Source: the human T2T-CHM13v2.0 reference genome, Homo sapiens
DNA: 64,000 nucleotides
Direction: 5' to 3'
NCBI GenBank assembly: GCA_009914755.4
Contig: CP068257.2
Location: forward strand, 1,920,001-1,984,000
Part shown: piece after piece, positions 47,932 to 64,000 of the stretch
Numbering within the stretch: the first letter of the stretch is position 1
How the letters are laid out: the number at the start of each line of letters is the position of its first letter
Program-made: the position numbers and the translations under genes
The notes under the pieces: model-generated
The model's input: the letters and a program-made list of their open reading frames with translations, nothing else
What the model was told of the DNA's origin: nothing
Database searches by the model: none

Positions 47932-50900
47932 TAGTCAAAGCCTGGAGAATAGTTACATCTCCTGGATGATCAGTTCAGAAATATGTCACAATGCCCTCTC
48001 CATGCGGAGCCTAGAGAAGATTTGCATCTTTTGGGTGATCAGTGCAGAGATATTTCACAATGTCCCCTGTTCTAAAAGCCTGGAAATGATTTACATCACC
48101 TCGGTGATCAGTGCATAGGTATGTCAGAAATCCCCAGTAGGCTGAACCTAGACAAGGGTTACATCACTTAGGTGATCAGTGTAGAGATATGTGAAATTTC
48201 CCATGTAGACAGAGCCTAGACAAGTGTTACATCTCCTAGTGATCTGTGCAGGGATAAGTCGTAAAGCCTCTTGTAGGCAGAGTGTAGACAAGTGTTTCCT
48301 CCCTGGGGTGATCAGTGCAGAGATATGTCACAAAGCCCCTGTAAGCAGAACCTTCACAAGGGTTACATCACCTGTTTGATCAGTGGAAATATATATCACA
48401 AAGCCCCCTGTAGGCAAAGACCAGACAATTGTTACATCACCTGGGTGAGCAGTGGAGAAATCTGTCACAATGCCCTTGTAGGCAGAGCTTAGACAAGGGT
48501 TACATCACCTGGGTGATCAGCGCAGAGATATGTCAAAACGCTCCTGTAGGCTGAACCTAGACAGGAGTTACATTACCTGTGTGATCAGTGCAGAGATATC
48601 TGAGAATTCCCGTGTAGGCAGAGCCTAGACAAGACTTACATCACCTAGGTTGTCAGTGCAGGTATAAGTCATAAAGCCTCCTGTAGACAGAGCATACACA
48701 AGAGTTCCCTCCCCAGGGTGATCAGTGAAGAGATGTGTCACAAAGCCCCTGTAGGCAGAGCCTAGACAAGAGTTTCATCACTTCGTTGATCAGTTCAAGA
48801 TATGTCACAATGTCCATGATGCCAGATCTAAGACAAGAGTCCATCACCTGGGTGATCAGTGCAGAGATATGTACCAATGTCCCCTGTAGGCAGTGCCTAG
48901 ACAAGAGTTGCATCACCTCAGAGATCAGTGCATAGGTATGTCACAAACCCTTCTGAAGACAAAGCCCATACAAGGCTTACATCAACTAGGTGATCAGTGC
49001 AGTGATATGTCACAAAAATCCCTGTAGACAGAGCCTAGAAAAGAGTTACATCACCTGGGTGATCAGTGCAGATATTTGACACAATGCCCCCATAGACAGA
49101 ACCTAGACAAGGCTTCAATCTCTTGGGTGATCAATGCAGAGATATGTCACAAAACGCCCTCTAGGCAGAGTATAGAGAAGAGTCCCATGACCTGGGAGAT
49201 CAGTGCAGAGATATTTCACAATACTCCTGTAGGCAGACAGTGGACAAGAGTTACATAACCTAGGTGATCTGTGCAGAGCTATGTCAAAACGCCCCTGTAG
49301 GCAGAGCCTAGATAAATGTTACATCTCCTGGGTGATCAGTGCAGACATACGTCACAATACCCCCTGTAGGTGGAGCCTAGACAAGAGTTACATCACCTGG
49401 GTGATCGATGCAGAGATATGTCACAAAGCCCCTGTAGGCCGAGCCTAGACAAGAATTACATCTCCTGGGTGATCAGTGCAAACATATGTCACAAAGCCCC
49501 CTGTGGACAAATCCCAGAAAATTGTTACATCACCTGGGTGATCAGTGGAGTTATCTGTCACAATTCCCTTCTAGGCGCAGCTTAGACAAGCGTTACATCA
49601 CATGAGTGATCAGTGCAGAGATATGTCACTATGACCCCATAGGCAGATCGAAGACAAGAGTCCATCACCTGGGTGATCAGTGCAGAGATATGTCATAAAT
49701 ACCACAGTAGGCAAAGCCTAGACAAGTTTTACATCAGCTGGGTGATCATTGCAGAAATATGTCCCAATGTCCCTCTAGGCAGAGCTTAGACAAGAGTCAC
49801 ATCTCCTGGGTGATCAGTGCAGGGATAAGTCACAATGCCCCAGTAGGCAGAGCCTAGACAAGAGTTACATAACCCGGGTCAACCGTGCAGAGTGATGTCA
49901 AAAGGCCCTCAGTAGGCAGAGCCTAGACAAGAGTTACATAACCCGGGTGATCCGTGCAGAGTGATGTCACAACGACCTCTGTAGGCAGAGACTAGAAAAG
50001 AGTTACATCACCTGGGTGATCAGTGCAGAGATATTTCTCAACGCCCCCTTTGGGCAGAGGGTAGACAAGAGTTATATCACCTAGGTGATCAGTGCAGAGA
50101 TTTGTCAAAATTCCCTGTAGGCAGTGCTTATAAACGTGTTACATCACATAAGTGATCAGTGCAGAGATATGCCACAAAGCTCCTGTAGGCAGAACTTAGA
50201 TGAGTTACATCACCTGGGTGATCAGTGCAAAGTTGTGTCACAAAGCCCCCTATAGGCAAAGCCTAGACAATAGTTACATCACTTGGGTGATCAGTGGCGA
50301 GATCTCTCACAATTACCCTGTAGGCAGCAGAGCTTATACAACCGTTACATCATCTGGGTGATCAGTGCAGAGGTATGTCACAATGCCCCCATAGGCAGAT
50401 CCAAGACAGGAGTCCATCACCTGGGTGATCAGTGCAGAAATATGTCACAATGCCCCCTTAGGCAGAGCCTACACAAAAGCCCCATCACCTGGATGATCAG
50501 TGCAGGGTTATGTCACAAAGTCCCCTTAGGCAGATTGTAGACAAGAGTTACATCACTTGGATGATCAGTGCAGAGATATGTCACAATGCCACTGTAGACA
50601 GAGTCTAGACAAGAGTTACATGACCTAGGAGATCAGTGCAGAGATACATCGCAATGTCCCTGTAGGCAGAGCCTTGACAAGTGGTACATCACCTGGGTGA
50701 TCATTGCAGGGATATATCACAAAGCACCCTGTAGGCAGATACTAGAAAAAAGTTACAGCACCTGGGTGGTCAGTGCAGAGATATGTCACGATGCCATTGT
50801 AGGCAGAGCCTAGGCAAGAGTTAAATGACCTAGGTGATCAGTGCAGAGATACATCACAATGCCCCTGCAGGCAGAGCCTTGACAAGTGGTATATCACCTG

Positions 50901-52148
50901 GGTGATCATTGCAGGGATATGTCACAAAGCACCCTGTGGGCAGATCCTAGAGAAGAGTTATATCACCTGGGTGATCAGTGCAGAGATATGTCACAAGAAC
51001 CCTGTAGGCAGAGCCTAGACAAGTGTTATATCACCTGGGTGATCAGTGCAGTGATATGTCACAATGCCGTGTAGCCAGAGCCTAGACTAAAGTTACAGCA
51101 CCTAGGAGATCAGTGCAGAGATATGTCACAATGTCCCCAGTAGGCAGAGACCAGGCAAGAGTTGGATCACCTCGGGATCGGTGCAGAGATATGTCTCAAT
51201 CCCCCTGTGGGCACAGCCTAGACAAGAGTTACATCACCTCAGTGAACAGTGCAGAGATCTGTCAGGATGCCCCTGTAGGCAGAGCCTACACAAGTGTTAC
51301 ATCACTTTGGTGATCAGTGCAGAGATATGTCACGATACCCCCTGTAAGTAGAGACTACACAAGAGTTACATCACCTGGGTGGTCAGTGCAGAGATATGTG
51401 GCAACGCCCCTTTAAGCAGAGCCTAGACAATAGTTACATCACCTGAGTGATCAGTGCAGAGATCTGTCACAATGCCCTTTTAGGCAGAGCTTAGACCAGA
51501 GTTACATCACCTGGGTGATCAGTACAGAGACATGTTACAATGCCCCCATAGGCAAATCCTAGACAAGAGTCCGTCACCTGGGTGATCAGTGTAGAAATAT
51601 GTGACAATGCCCAAGGAGGCAGAGCCTAGAAAAGAGTCCCATCACCTGGGTGATCAGTGCAGAGATATTTCACAATGCTCCTGCAGGCAGAGCATAAGCA
51701 AGAGTTACATCACATAGATGATCAGTGCAGAGATTTATCACAAGGCCCCCTATAGTCAGAGGCTCGACAAGAGTTACGTCACCTCGGTTATCAATGCAGT
51801 GATATGTCACTATGCCTCATAGGCAGAGCCTAGTCAAGCGTTACATCACCTGGGTGATCAGTGCAGAGATATGTCACAAAGCCCCCATACACAGCGCCTA
51901 GACAAGTGTCCCATCACCTGGGTGATCAGTGCAGAAATATGTCACAATGCCCCCATAGGCAGATCCAACACAAGAGTTACATCACCTGGGTGATCAGTGT
52001 AGAGATATGTCACAATGCCCCCATAGGCAGAGCCTAGACAAAAGTCCCATCACCTGGATGATCAGTGCAGAGATATCTTCCAAAGCCCCTGAAGGCAGAG
52101 CCTAGAGAAAAGTAACATCACTTTGTTGATCAGTTCAGAGATGTGTCA
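47932..52148. repeat. Beta satellite array, block 2
   Basis: 68-bp GATC-containing monomers. The first roughly 1.05 kb (47,932-48,985) is collinear with 33,506-34,560, continuing the duplication of about 1.48 kb (33,082-34,560 vs 47,513-48,985) that begins in the D4Z4-like 3' region, at a constant offset of about 14.42 kb; by eye about 93% identical. Confidence 0.9.
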
Positions 52149-52870
52149 TGCTGACTGTTTGCTCCCGGAGCTCTGCGGGCACCCGGAAACATGCAGGCAA
52201 GGTGGAAGACTGGCATTGTGCCTTCGCTCTCCTTGCCAGTTTACAAAACTGCCACACCGAAGACTCCCCATGTTGCCGCACACGGGAATCCATCATCAGT
52301 CCATCACGCTGGGGAGGCATCTTCTCTCTGGGGTCTCGCTCTGGTCTCCTACGTGGAAATGAACGAGAGCCACACGCCTGCCCCTGTGACACTGTCCCAG
52401 CAACGGCGACACCCACAGGCACTGCCACCTTCACGGAGAGAGGGCCTGGAACACAGCAGACTCCCACGGAGATTCAGTCCCACACTCCCCTCCACCCTCC
52501 CAGGCCGGTTTCTCCCTGCTGAAGACGCGTGGGAGCCCAGAGAGCAGCTTCCAGTTCCCGCCTGATTCCTGGAGAGGTCGGCAGAGCCAGCCCCGGAAAC
52601 GCGCCCCTCTCACCACTTCCCCCTCGCCCCCTTCATCTTCGTATCTCCAGCCCCACCACCGCCATCACCACACCCTCCCCCCCAATACAACCACCCCACA
52701 GCCCCAGGCCTCGACGCCCTGGGACCCTTCCGGGGTGGGGCGTGCTGTCCCAGGGCTCACCGCCATTCATGAAGGGGTGGAGCCTGCCTGCCTGCAGGCC
52801 TTCATAATAGCCGCTGGCTGGCTGTCCGGGCAGGCCTCCTGGCTGCACCTGCCGCAGTCCACAGGCTGGA
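52149..52870 (+). other. D4Z4-like 5' fragment (upstream region only, about 720 bp), truncated about 75 bp before the position of the DUX4-like ATG
   Basis: It begins with the same junction as the other copies (..gatcagttcagagatgtgtca|tgctgactgtttgctcccggagctctgcgggcacc) and is collinear with 45,161-45,881. It ends at ..cacctgccgcagtccacaggctgg and then goes straight into beta satellite (atgagatatttcacaaagccttctgtaggcaaagcc). Confidence 0.8.
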
Positions 52871-54631
52871 TGAGATATTTCACAAAGCCTTCTGTAGGCA
52901 AAGCCCATACAAGGCTTACATCACCTAGGTGATCAGTGCAGTGATATATCAAAAAAATCCCTGTAGACAGAGCCTAGAAAAGAGGTACATCACCTGGGTG
53001 ATCAGTGCAGATATTTGACACAATGCCCCCATAGACAGAGCCAAGACAAGACTTCCATCACCTTCGTGATCAGTGCAGAGATATATCAAATATCCCCCTC
53101 TAGGCAGAGTGTAGAGAAGAGTCCCATCACCTGGGTGATCAGTGCAGAGATATGTGAGAATTCCCGTGTAGGCACAGCCTAGACAAGTGTTACATCACCT
53201 AGGTTATCAGTGCAGGTATAAGTCGTAAAGCCTCCTGTAGGCAGAGCATAGACAAGAGTTCCCTCCCCAGGGTGATCAGTGCAGAGATGTGTCACAAAGC
53301 CCCTGTAGGCAGAACCTAGACAAGAGTTACATCACCTGGGTGATCAGTGCAGAGATATGTCCCAATGCCACTGTAGGCAGAGCCTAGAGAAGAGTTACAT
53401 GACCTAGGAGATCAATGCAGAGATACATCGCAATGCCCCTGTAGGCAGAGCCTTGACAGGTGGTATATCACCTGGGTGACCATTGCAGGTATATGTCACA
53501 AAGCACCCTGTAGGCAGATCCTAGAGAAGAGTTGTATCACCTGGGTGATCAGTGCAGTGATATGTCACAAGCACCTTTAGGCAGAGCCTAGACAAGAGTT
53601 ATATCACCTGGGTGATCAGTGCAGTGATATGACACAATGCTGTGTAGCCAGAGCCTAGACTAAAGTTACAGCACCTGGGAGATCAGTGCAGAGATATGTC
53701 ACAATGTCCCCAGTAGGCAGAGAACAGGCAAGAGTTGGATCACCTCGGGATCAGTGCAGAGATATGTCTCAATCCCCTTGTGGGCACAGCCTAGACAAGA
53801 GTTAAATCACCTCGGTTAACAGTGCAGAGATATGTCAAAATGCCCCTGTAGGCAGAGCCTACACAAGTGTTACATCACCTGGGTGATCAATGCAGAGATA
53901 TGTGACAAGGCCCCTTTAAGCAGAACCTAGACAATAGTTACATCACCTGGGTGATCAGTGCAGAGATCTGTCACAATGCCCCTTTAGGCAGAACTTAGAC
54001 CAGAGTTACATCATTTGGGTGATCAGTGCAGTGATATGCCACAATACCCCCATAGGCAAATCCAAGACAAGAGTCCATCACCTGTCACAATTCCCCCAGG
54101 TGGCAGAGCCTAGAGAAGAGTCCCATCACCGGGGTGACCAGTGCAGAGATATTTCACAATGCCCCTGTAGGCAGAGTGTAAGCAAGAGTTACATCACCTA
54201 GATGATCAGTGCACAGATATGTCACAAGGCCCCCTATAGGCAGAGCCTGCACAAGAGTTACATCACCTCGGTGATAAATGCAGTGATATGTCACTATGCC
54301 CGTAGGCAGAGCCTAGTCAAGCACTAAATCAAATGGGTGATCAGTGCAGAGATATGTCACAAAGCCCCCATACACAGAGCCTAGACAAGAGTCCCATCAC
54401 CTGGGTGATCAGTGCAGAAATATGTCACAATGCCCCCATAGGCAGATCCAACACAAGAGTTACATCACCTGGGTGATCAGTGTAGAGATATGTCACAATG
54501 CCCGCATAGGCAGAGCCTAGACAAATATCCCGTCACCTGGGTGATCAGTGCAGAGATATGTCACAAAGCCCCTGTAGGTAGAGACTAGACAAGTGTTACG
54601 TCACTTTGTTGATCAGTTCCGAGATGTGTCA
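52871..54631. repeat. Beta satellite array, block 3
   Basis: 68-bp GATC monomers. The order matches parts of the 35-kb HOR with an internal deletion of about 1.6 kb (35,455-35,775, then a jump to the 35,120-type). Confidence 0.85.
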
Positions 54632-59970
<5,339 letters not shown>

Positions 59971-62900
59971 CACTACAGCCTGTGTGACAGAGGGAGACCC
60001 TGTTGAAAGAAAGGAGTGGAATGGAAGGGATTGGAATGGAATGGAATGGATTGGAATGCAGTGGAGTGGAATTGAGTGTAGTGGAGTGGAGTGCAGTGGA
60101 ATGGAATGGAATGGAATAGTGAAATGAAAAGTGAGCTGAGATTGTGCCACTGCACACCAGCCTTGGTGACAGAGTGAGATACTGTCAAAAGAAAGTACTG
60201 GAATGGAATGGAGTGGAATGGAATGGAATGGAGTGGAATGGAATGTAATGGAGTTGAGAGCAGTGGAGTGGAGTAGAAAGGAGTGGAATGGAATGGGATG
60301 GAAAGAAAAGGACTGGAGTGGATTGGGCTGGGTTGGAGTGGAGTGGAATGGATTGGAGTGGAGTGGAGTGGAATTTAATGGAGTAGAATACAATGGAATG
60401 GTGAAATGAAATGTGAGCTGAGATTCTGCCACTGCGCTCCAGGCTGGGTGACAGAGTGAGATACTCTCGAAAGAAAGGAATGGAATTGAATGCAGTGGAA
60501 TGGAATGGAATGGATTGGAGTGGAGTGGAGTGGAGTGGAGTGGAGTGAAATAGAGAGGAATGGAATGGGATGGAATGGAATGTAAAGGAATGGTGAAAAT
60601 AAATGTGAGCTAAGATTGTGCCACTGCACTGCAGCCTCTGTGACAGAGTGAGATCCTTTGGAAAGAAAGGAAAGGAATGGTATGGAATGGAATGGAGTGG
60701 AGTGGAGTGGAGTGGCGTGGAATGGAATGGAATGGAATGGAATGGAATGGAATGGAATGGAGTGGAATGTAATGGAATGGACTGGAATGGAATACAATGG
60801 AATGCAATGGAATAGAATGCAGTGAAATGGAATGTTGACATGTAATGTGAACAGAGATTGTGCCACTGCACTCCAGCCTGGGTGACACAGTGATATCCTG
60901 TCGAAAGAAAGGAATGGAATGCAATGGAGTGAAACGGAATGGAATGGAATGGAGTGGAGAGGAGTGGAGTGGAGTGGAGTAAAGTGGAGTGGAGTGGAAG
61001 GCAATGGATTGGAATAGGGTGGAGAGGAATGGAATGGAGTGGAATGGAATGGGAGGGAACGGAGTGGAGTGGAGTGGAGTGGAATGAAGAGTAACGGAGT
61101 GGAGTGGAGTGGAATGCAATCGAATGGAATGTAATTGAAAGGAATGAAATGGAGTGGAATGGAATGAAATGGAATGGAGTGGAGTGGAATGGAGTGGAGT
61201 GGAATGGAGTGGAGTGGAGAGGAATGGAGTGGATAGGAGTGGAATGGAGTGGAGTGGAGTGGAATGGAATGGAGAGGAATTGAACGGAATAGAGTGGAAT
61301 GGAGTGGAAAAGAGTGGAATGGAATGTAGTGGAATGAAATGGAGTGGAGTGGACTGGAGTATAGTGTAATGGAATGCAGTGGAATGCAATGTAGTGTAAT
61401 AGAATGGAATGGAATGGAACGGAATGGAATGGAATGGAATGAAATGGTGAAAAGAAATGTGTGCTGAGACTGTGCAAATGCACTACAGCCCGTGTGACAG
61501 AGGGAGATCCTGTCGAAAGAAAGGCGTGGAATGGAAGGGATTGGAATGGAATGAATTGGACTGGAGTGGAGTCGAATTGAGTGGAGTGGAGTGGAGTGGA
61601 GTGCAGTGGAATAGAATGGAATGGAATGGAATGCTGAAGTGAAATGTGAGATGAGACTGTGCCACTGCACACCAGCCTGGGTGACAGAGTGAGATTCTGT
61701 CAAAAGAAAGGAATGGAATGGAATGGAGTGGAATGGAATGGAGTGGAGTGGAGTGGAGTGGAGTGGAAAGGAGTGGAATGGCGTGGGATGGAATGGAGTG
61801 GAGTGGAGTAGACTGGAATGGAGTGGAGTGGAGTGGAGTGGAATGGATTGGAGAGGAGTGGAGAAGAGTGGAGTGGAGTCGAATGGAATGGAATGGAATG
61901 AAATCGTGAAATGAAATGTGACCCGAGATTTTGTCACTGCGCTCCAGGCTGGGTGACAGAGTGAGATTCTTTCAAAAGAAAGCAATAGAATGGAATGCAG
62001 TGGAATGGAATGGAGTGGAATGGAGTGGGGTGAAGTGGAGTGGACTGGAATGGGATGGAATGGAGTGGAATGAAATGGAGATGAGTGGGGTGGAGGGGAT
62101 TGCAGTGGAATGGAGCAGAATGGAATGGGATGGAATGGAATGGAGTGGAGTGCAGTCGAGAGGAGAGGAGTGGAATGGAGTGGAATGGCATCGGATATAA
62201 TGGAATTAAGTGGAGTGGAGTGGAGTGGAATGGAGTGGTATGGAATGGAATTGAATGGAATGGAATGGAATGGTGAAATGAAATGTGATCTAAGATTGTG
62301 CCACTGAACTCCAGTCTGGTTGACAGAGTGAGATCTAGTAGAAATAAAGGAATGGAATGGAATGGAGTAGAATGGAATGGAATGGAGTGCAGTGCAGTGG
62401 AATGGAGTAGAGTGGAATGGAGTTGAGTGGAAGGGAGTGGAATGGAATGGCATGGAATGGAGTGGAATGGAATTGAATGGAGTTGAACGGAATGGAATAG
62501 AATGAAATGGAATGCAGTGAAATGAATTGGACTAGAATTGAATGGATTGGAGTGGAGTGGAGTGGAATCGAGTGGAGTGCTATGGAATGGAATGGAGTGG
62601 AGTGGGGTGGAGTGGAATGGAAAGGAGTGGAGTGGAATGGAGTGGAGTGGAATGGAATGGGAAGGAGTGGAGTGGAATGGAATGGCATGGAATGGAGTGG
62701 AATGGAATGGAGTGGAGTGGAGAGGAGTAGAATTGAATGGACTGGAGCGGAATGGAGTGGAGTAGAATGGAATGGAAAGGGAAGGAATGGAATGGAATGG
62801 AATGGAATAGAGTACAATGGAATGGAATGGAGTGGAATGGAATGGAGTGGGGTGGAGTGGAGTGCAGTGGAGTGGAATGGAGTGAAATGCAGTGGAGTGG

Positions 62901-64000
62901 AATGGGGTGGAATGGAGTGGGGTGGAGTGGAGTGCAGTGGAGTGGAATGGAGTGAAATGGAGTGAAATGCAGTGGAGTGGAATGGGGTGGAATGGAGTGG
63001 AGTCCAGTGGAATGGTATGGAATGGAATGGAATGGAGTGAAGTGGAATGGAGTGGAACGGAATGGAGTGGAGTGGAGTGGAGTGGAATGAAATAGAGTGG
63101 AATGGAATGGGATGGAATGGAATGCAAAGGAATGGTGAAAAGAAATGTGAGCTGAGATTGTGATACTGCACTCCAGCTTTTGTGACAGAATGAGATCCTG
63201 TGGAAAGAAAGGAATGGAATGGAATGGAGTGGAATGTAATGCAGAAGAGGAGAGTGGAGTGGAGTGGAATGTAATGCAGTGGAGGGGAGTGGAGTGGAGT
63301 GCAGAGGAGTGGAGTGGAATGGAGTGTAGTGAAGGGGAGTGGAATTGAGTGGAGTGGAGTGGAATAGAGTGGAATGGAATGGAGTGGAGTGGAGTGGAAT
63401 GGAGTGGCATGGAGTGGAAAGGAGTGGAATGGATTGGAGTGGAATGGAGAGGAGTGGAGTGGAGTGGAGTAGAGTGGAATGGAATGGAGTGGAGTGGAGT
63501 GGAAAGGAGTGGCATGGAGTGGAATGGAGTGGAGTGGAGTGGAGTGGAATGGAGTGGAGTGGAGTGCAGTGGAAGGGATTGGAATGGAAAGGAATAGAGT
63601 GGAATGGAATGGAATGATATGGTGAAAAGAAATGTGTGCTGAGATTGTGCCACTGTGCTACAGCCTGTGTGACACAGGGTGATCCTGTCAAAAGAAAGGA
63701 GTGGAATGTAAGGGATTGGCATGGAATGGAATGGATTGGAGTGGAGTGGAATGGAATTGAGTGGAGTGGAGTGGAGTGCACTGGAATGGAATGGACTGGA
63801 GTGGAATGGTGAAATGAAATATGAGCTGAGATTGTGCCAGTGCACACCAGCCTGGGTGACAGAGTGAGACCCCATCAAAACAATGGAATAGAATGGAGTG
63901 GAATGGAATGGAGTGGATTGGAGGGGAGTGGAGTTGAAAGGAGTGGAATGGAAAGGAGTGGAATGGAAAGGAGTGGAGTGGAATGCATTGGAGTGGAGTG
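59971..64000 (+). repeat. HSat3-type (GGAAT)n satellite with regularly interspersed Alu 3'-end segments, forming a 1.5-2.2-kb HOR
   Basis: ggaatggaatggagtggagtggaatg tracts (GGAAT/GGAGT variants) on the + strand, which give ATTCC-type FHSIPLHS peptides on the - strand. They are interrupted about 12 times by an Alu 3'-end segment of about 65-75 bp, preceded by a short ggtgaaatgaaat linker and opening into the array via caaaagaaaggaatgg: gtgagctgagattgtgccactgcactccagcctgggtgacagagtgagatcctgtcaaaagaaaggaatgg. No CAACCCGAGT-type motif was seen by eye. Confidence 0.88.
60131..60195 (+). mobile_element. Alu 3'-end fragment (about 65 bp; right-arm terminus plus A-rich tail), representative of about 12 similar fragments in the HSat3 block
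   Basis: gtgagctgagattgtgccactgcacaccagccttggtgacagagtgagatactgtcaaaagaaag matches the Alu consensus 3' end GTGAGCCGAGATCGCGCCACTGCACTCCAGCCTGGGCGACAGAGCGAGACTCCGTCTCAAAAA (from memory). Similar fragments lie at about 59,971, 60,413, 60,605, 60,847, 61,457, 61,646, 61,919, 62,284, 63,148, 63,636 and 63,822. Confidence 0.8.

Overview
This window is human (primate) constitutive heterochromatin. It is not a gene-rich or prokaryotic region, and I did not find a novel biological system in it. It holds four tandem-repeat families joined at sharp junctions, which is the noteworthy structure here.

(1) 1-33,075: a 42-bp AT-rich satellite that I recognise from memory as human satellite I (HSat1A/SAR type). 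It is organised in higher-order repeats (HORs) of about 3.4-4.2 kb and becomes progressively degenerate towards its right edge.

(2) 33,076-59,970: beta satellite (68-bp Sau3A/GATC family) with about 2.4-kb HORs and a 204-bp trimer sub-HOR. Embedded in it are diverged D4Z4-like macrosatellite elements of the DUX4 double-homeobox family:
- a 3' fragment at 33,076-33,505, cut off by the HSat1 array;
- a nearly complete 2.8-kb unit at 45,161-47,931 carrying a DUX4-like pseudogene and a pLAM-like tail;
- a 5' fragment at 52,149-52,870;
- a 5' truncated unit with a DUX4-like pseudogene fragment at 54,632-55,958.
All three 5' copies enter the beta satellite at the identical junction.

(3) 59,971-64,000: HSat3-type (GGAAT)n satellite with a roughly 65-75-bp Alu 3'-end segment recurring at regular landmarks, forming a 1.5-2.2-kb HOR.

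There are no intact protein-coding genes. Apart from the DUX4-homologous frames, the long ORFs in the supplied track are artefacts of stop-poor, phase-preserving tandem repeats.

The combination of satellite I, beta satellite, D4Z4-like units and satellite III is what is known for acrocentric short arms and some pericentromeric regions. The chromosome cannot be determined from the sequence alone.

All identity figures below are by-eye estimates. No alignments or database searches were run.
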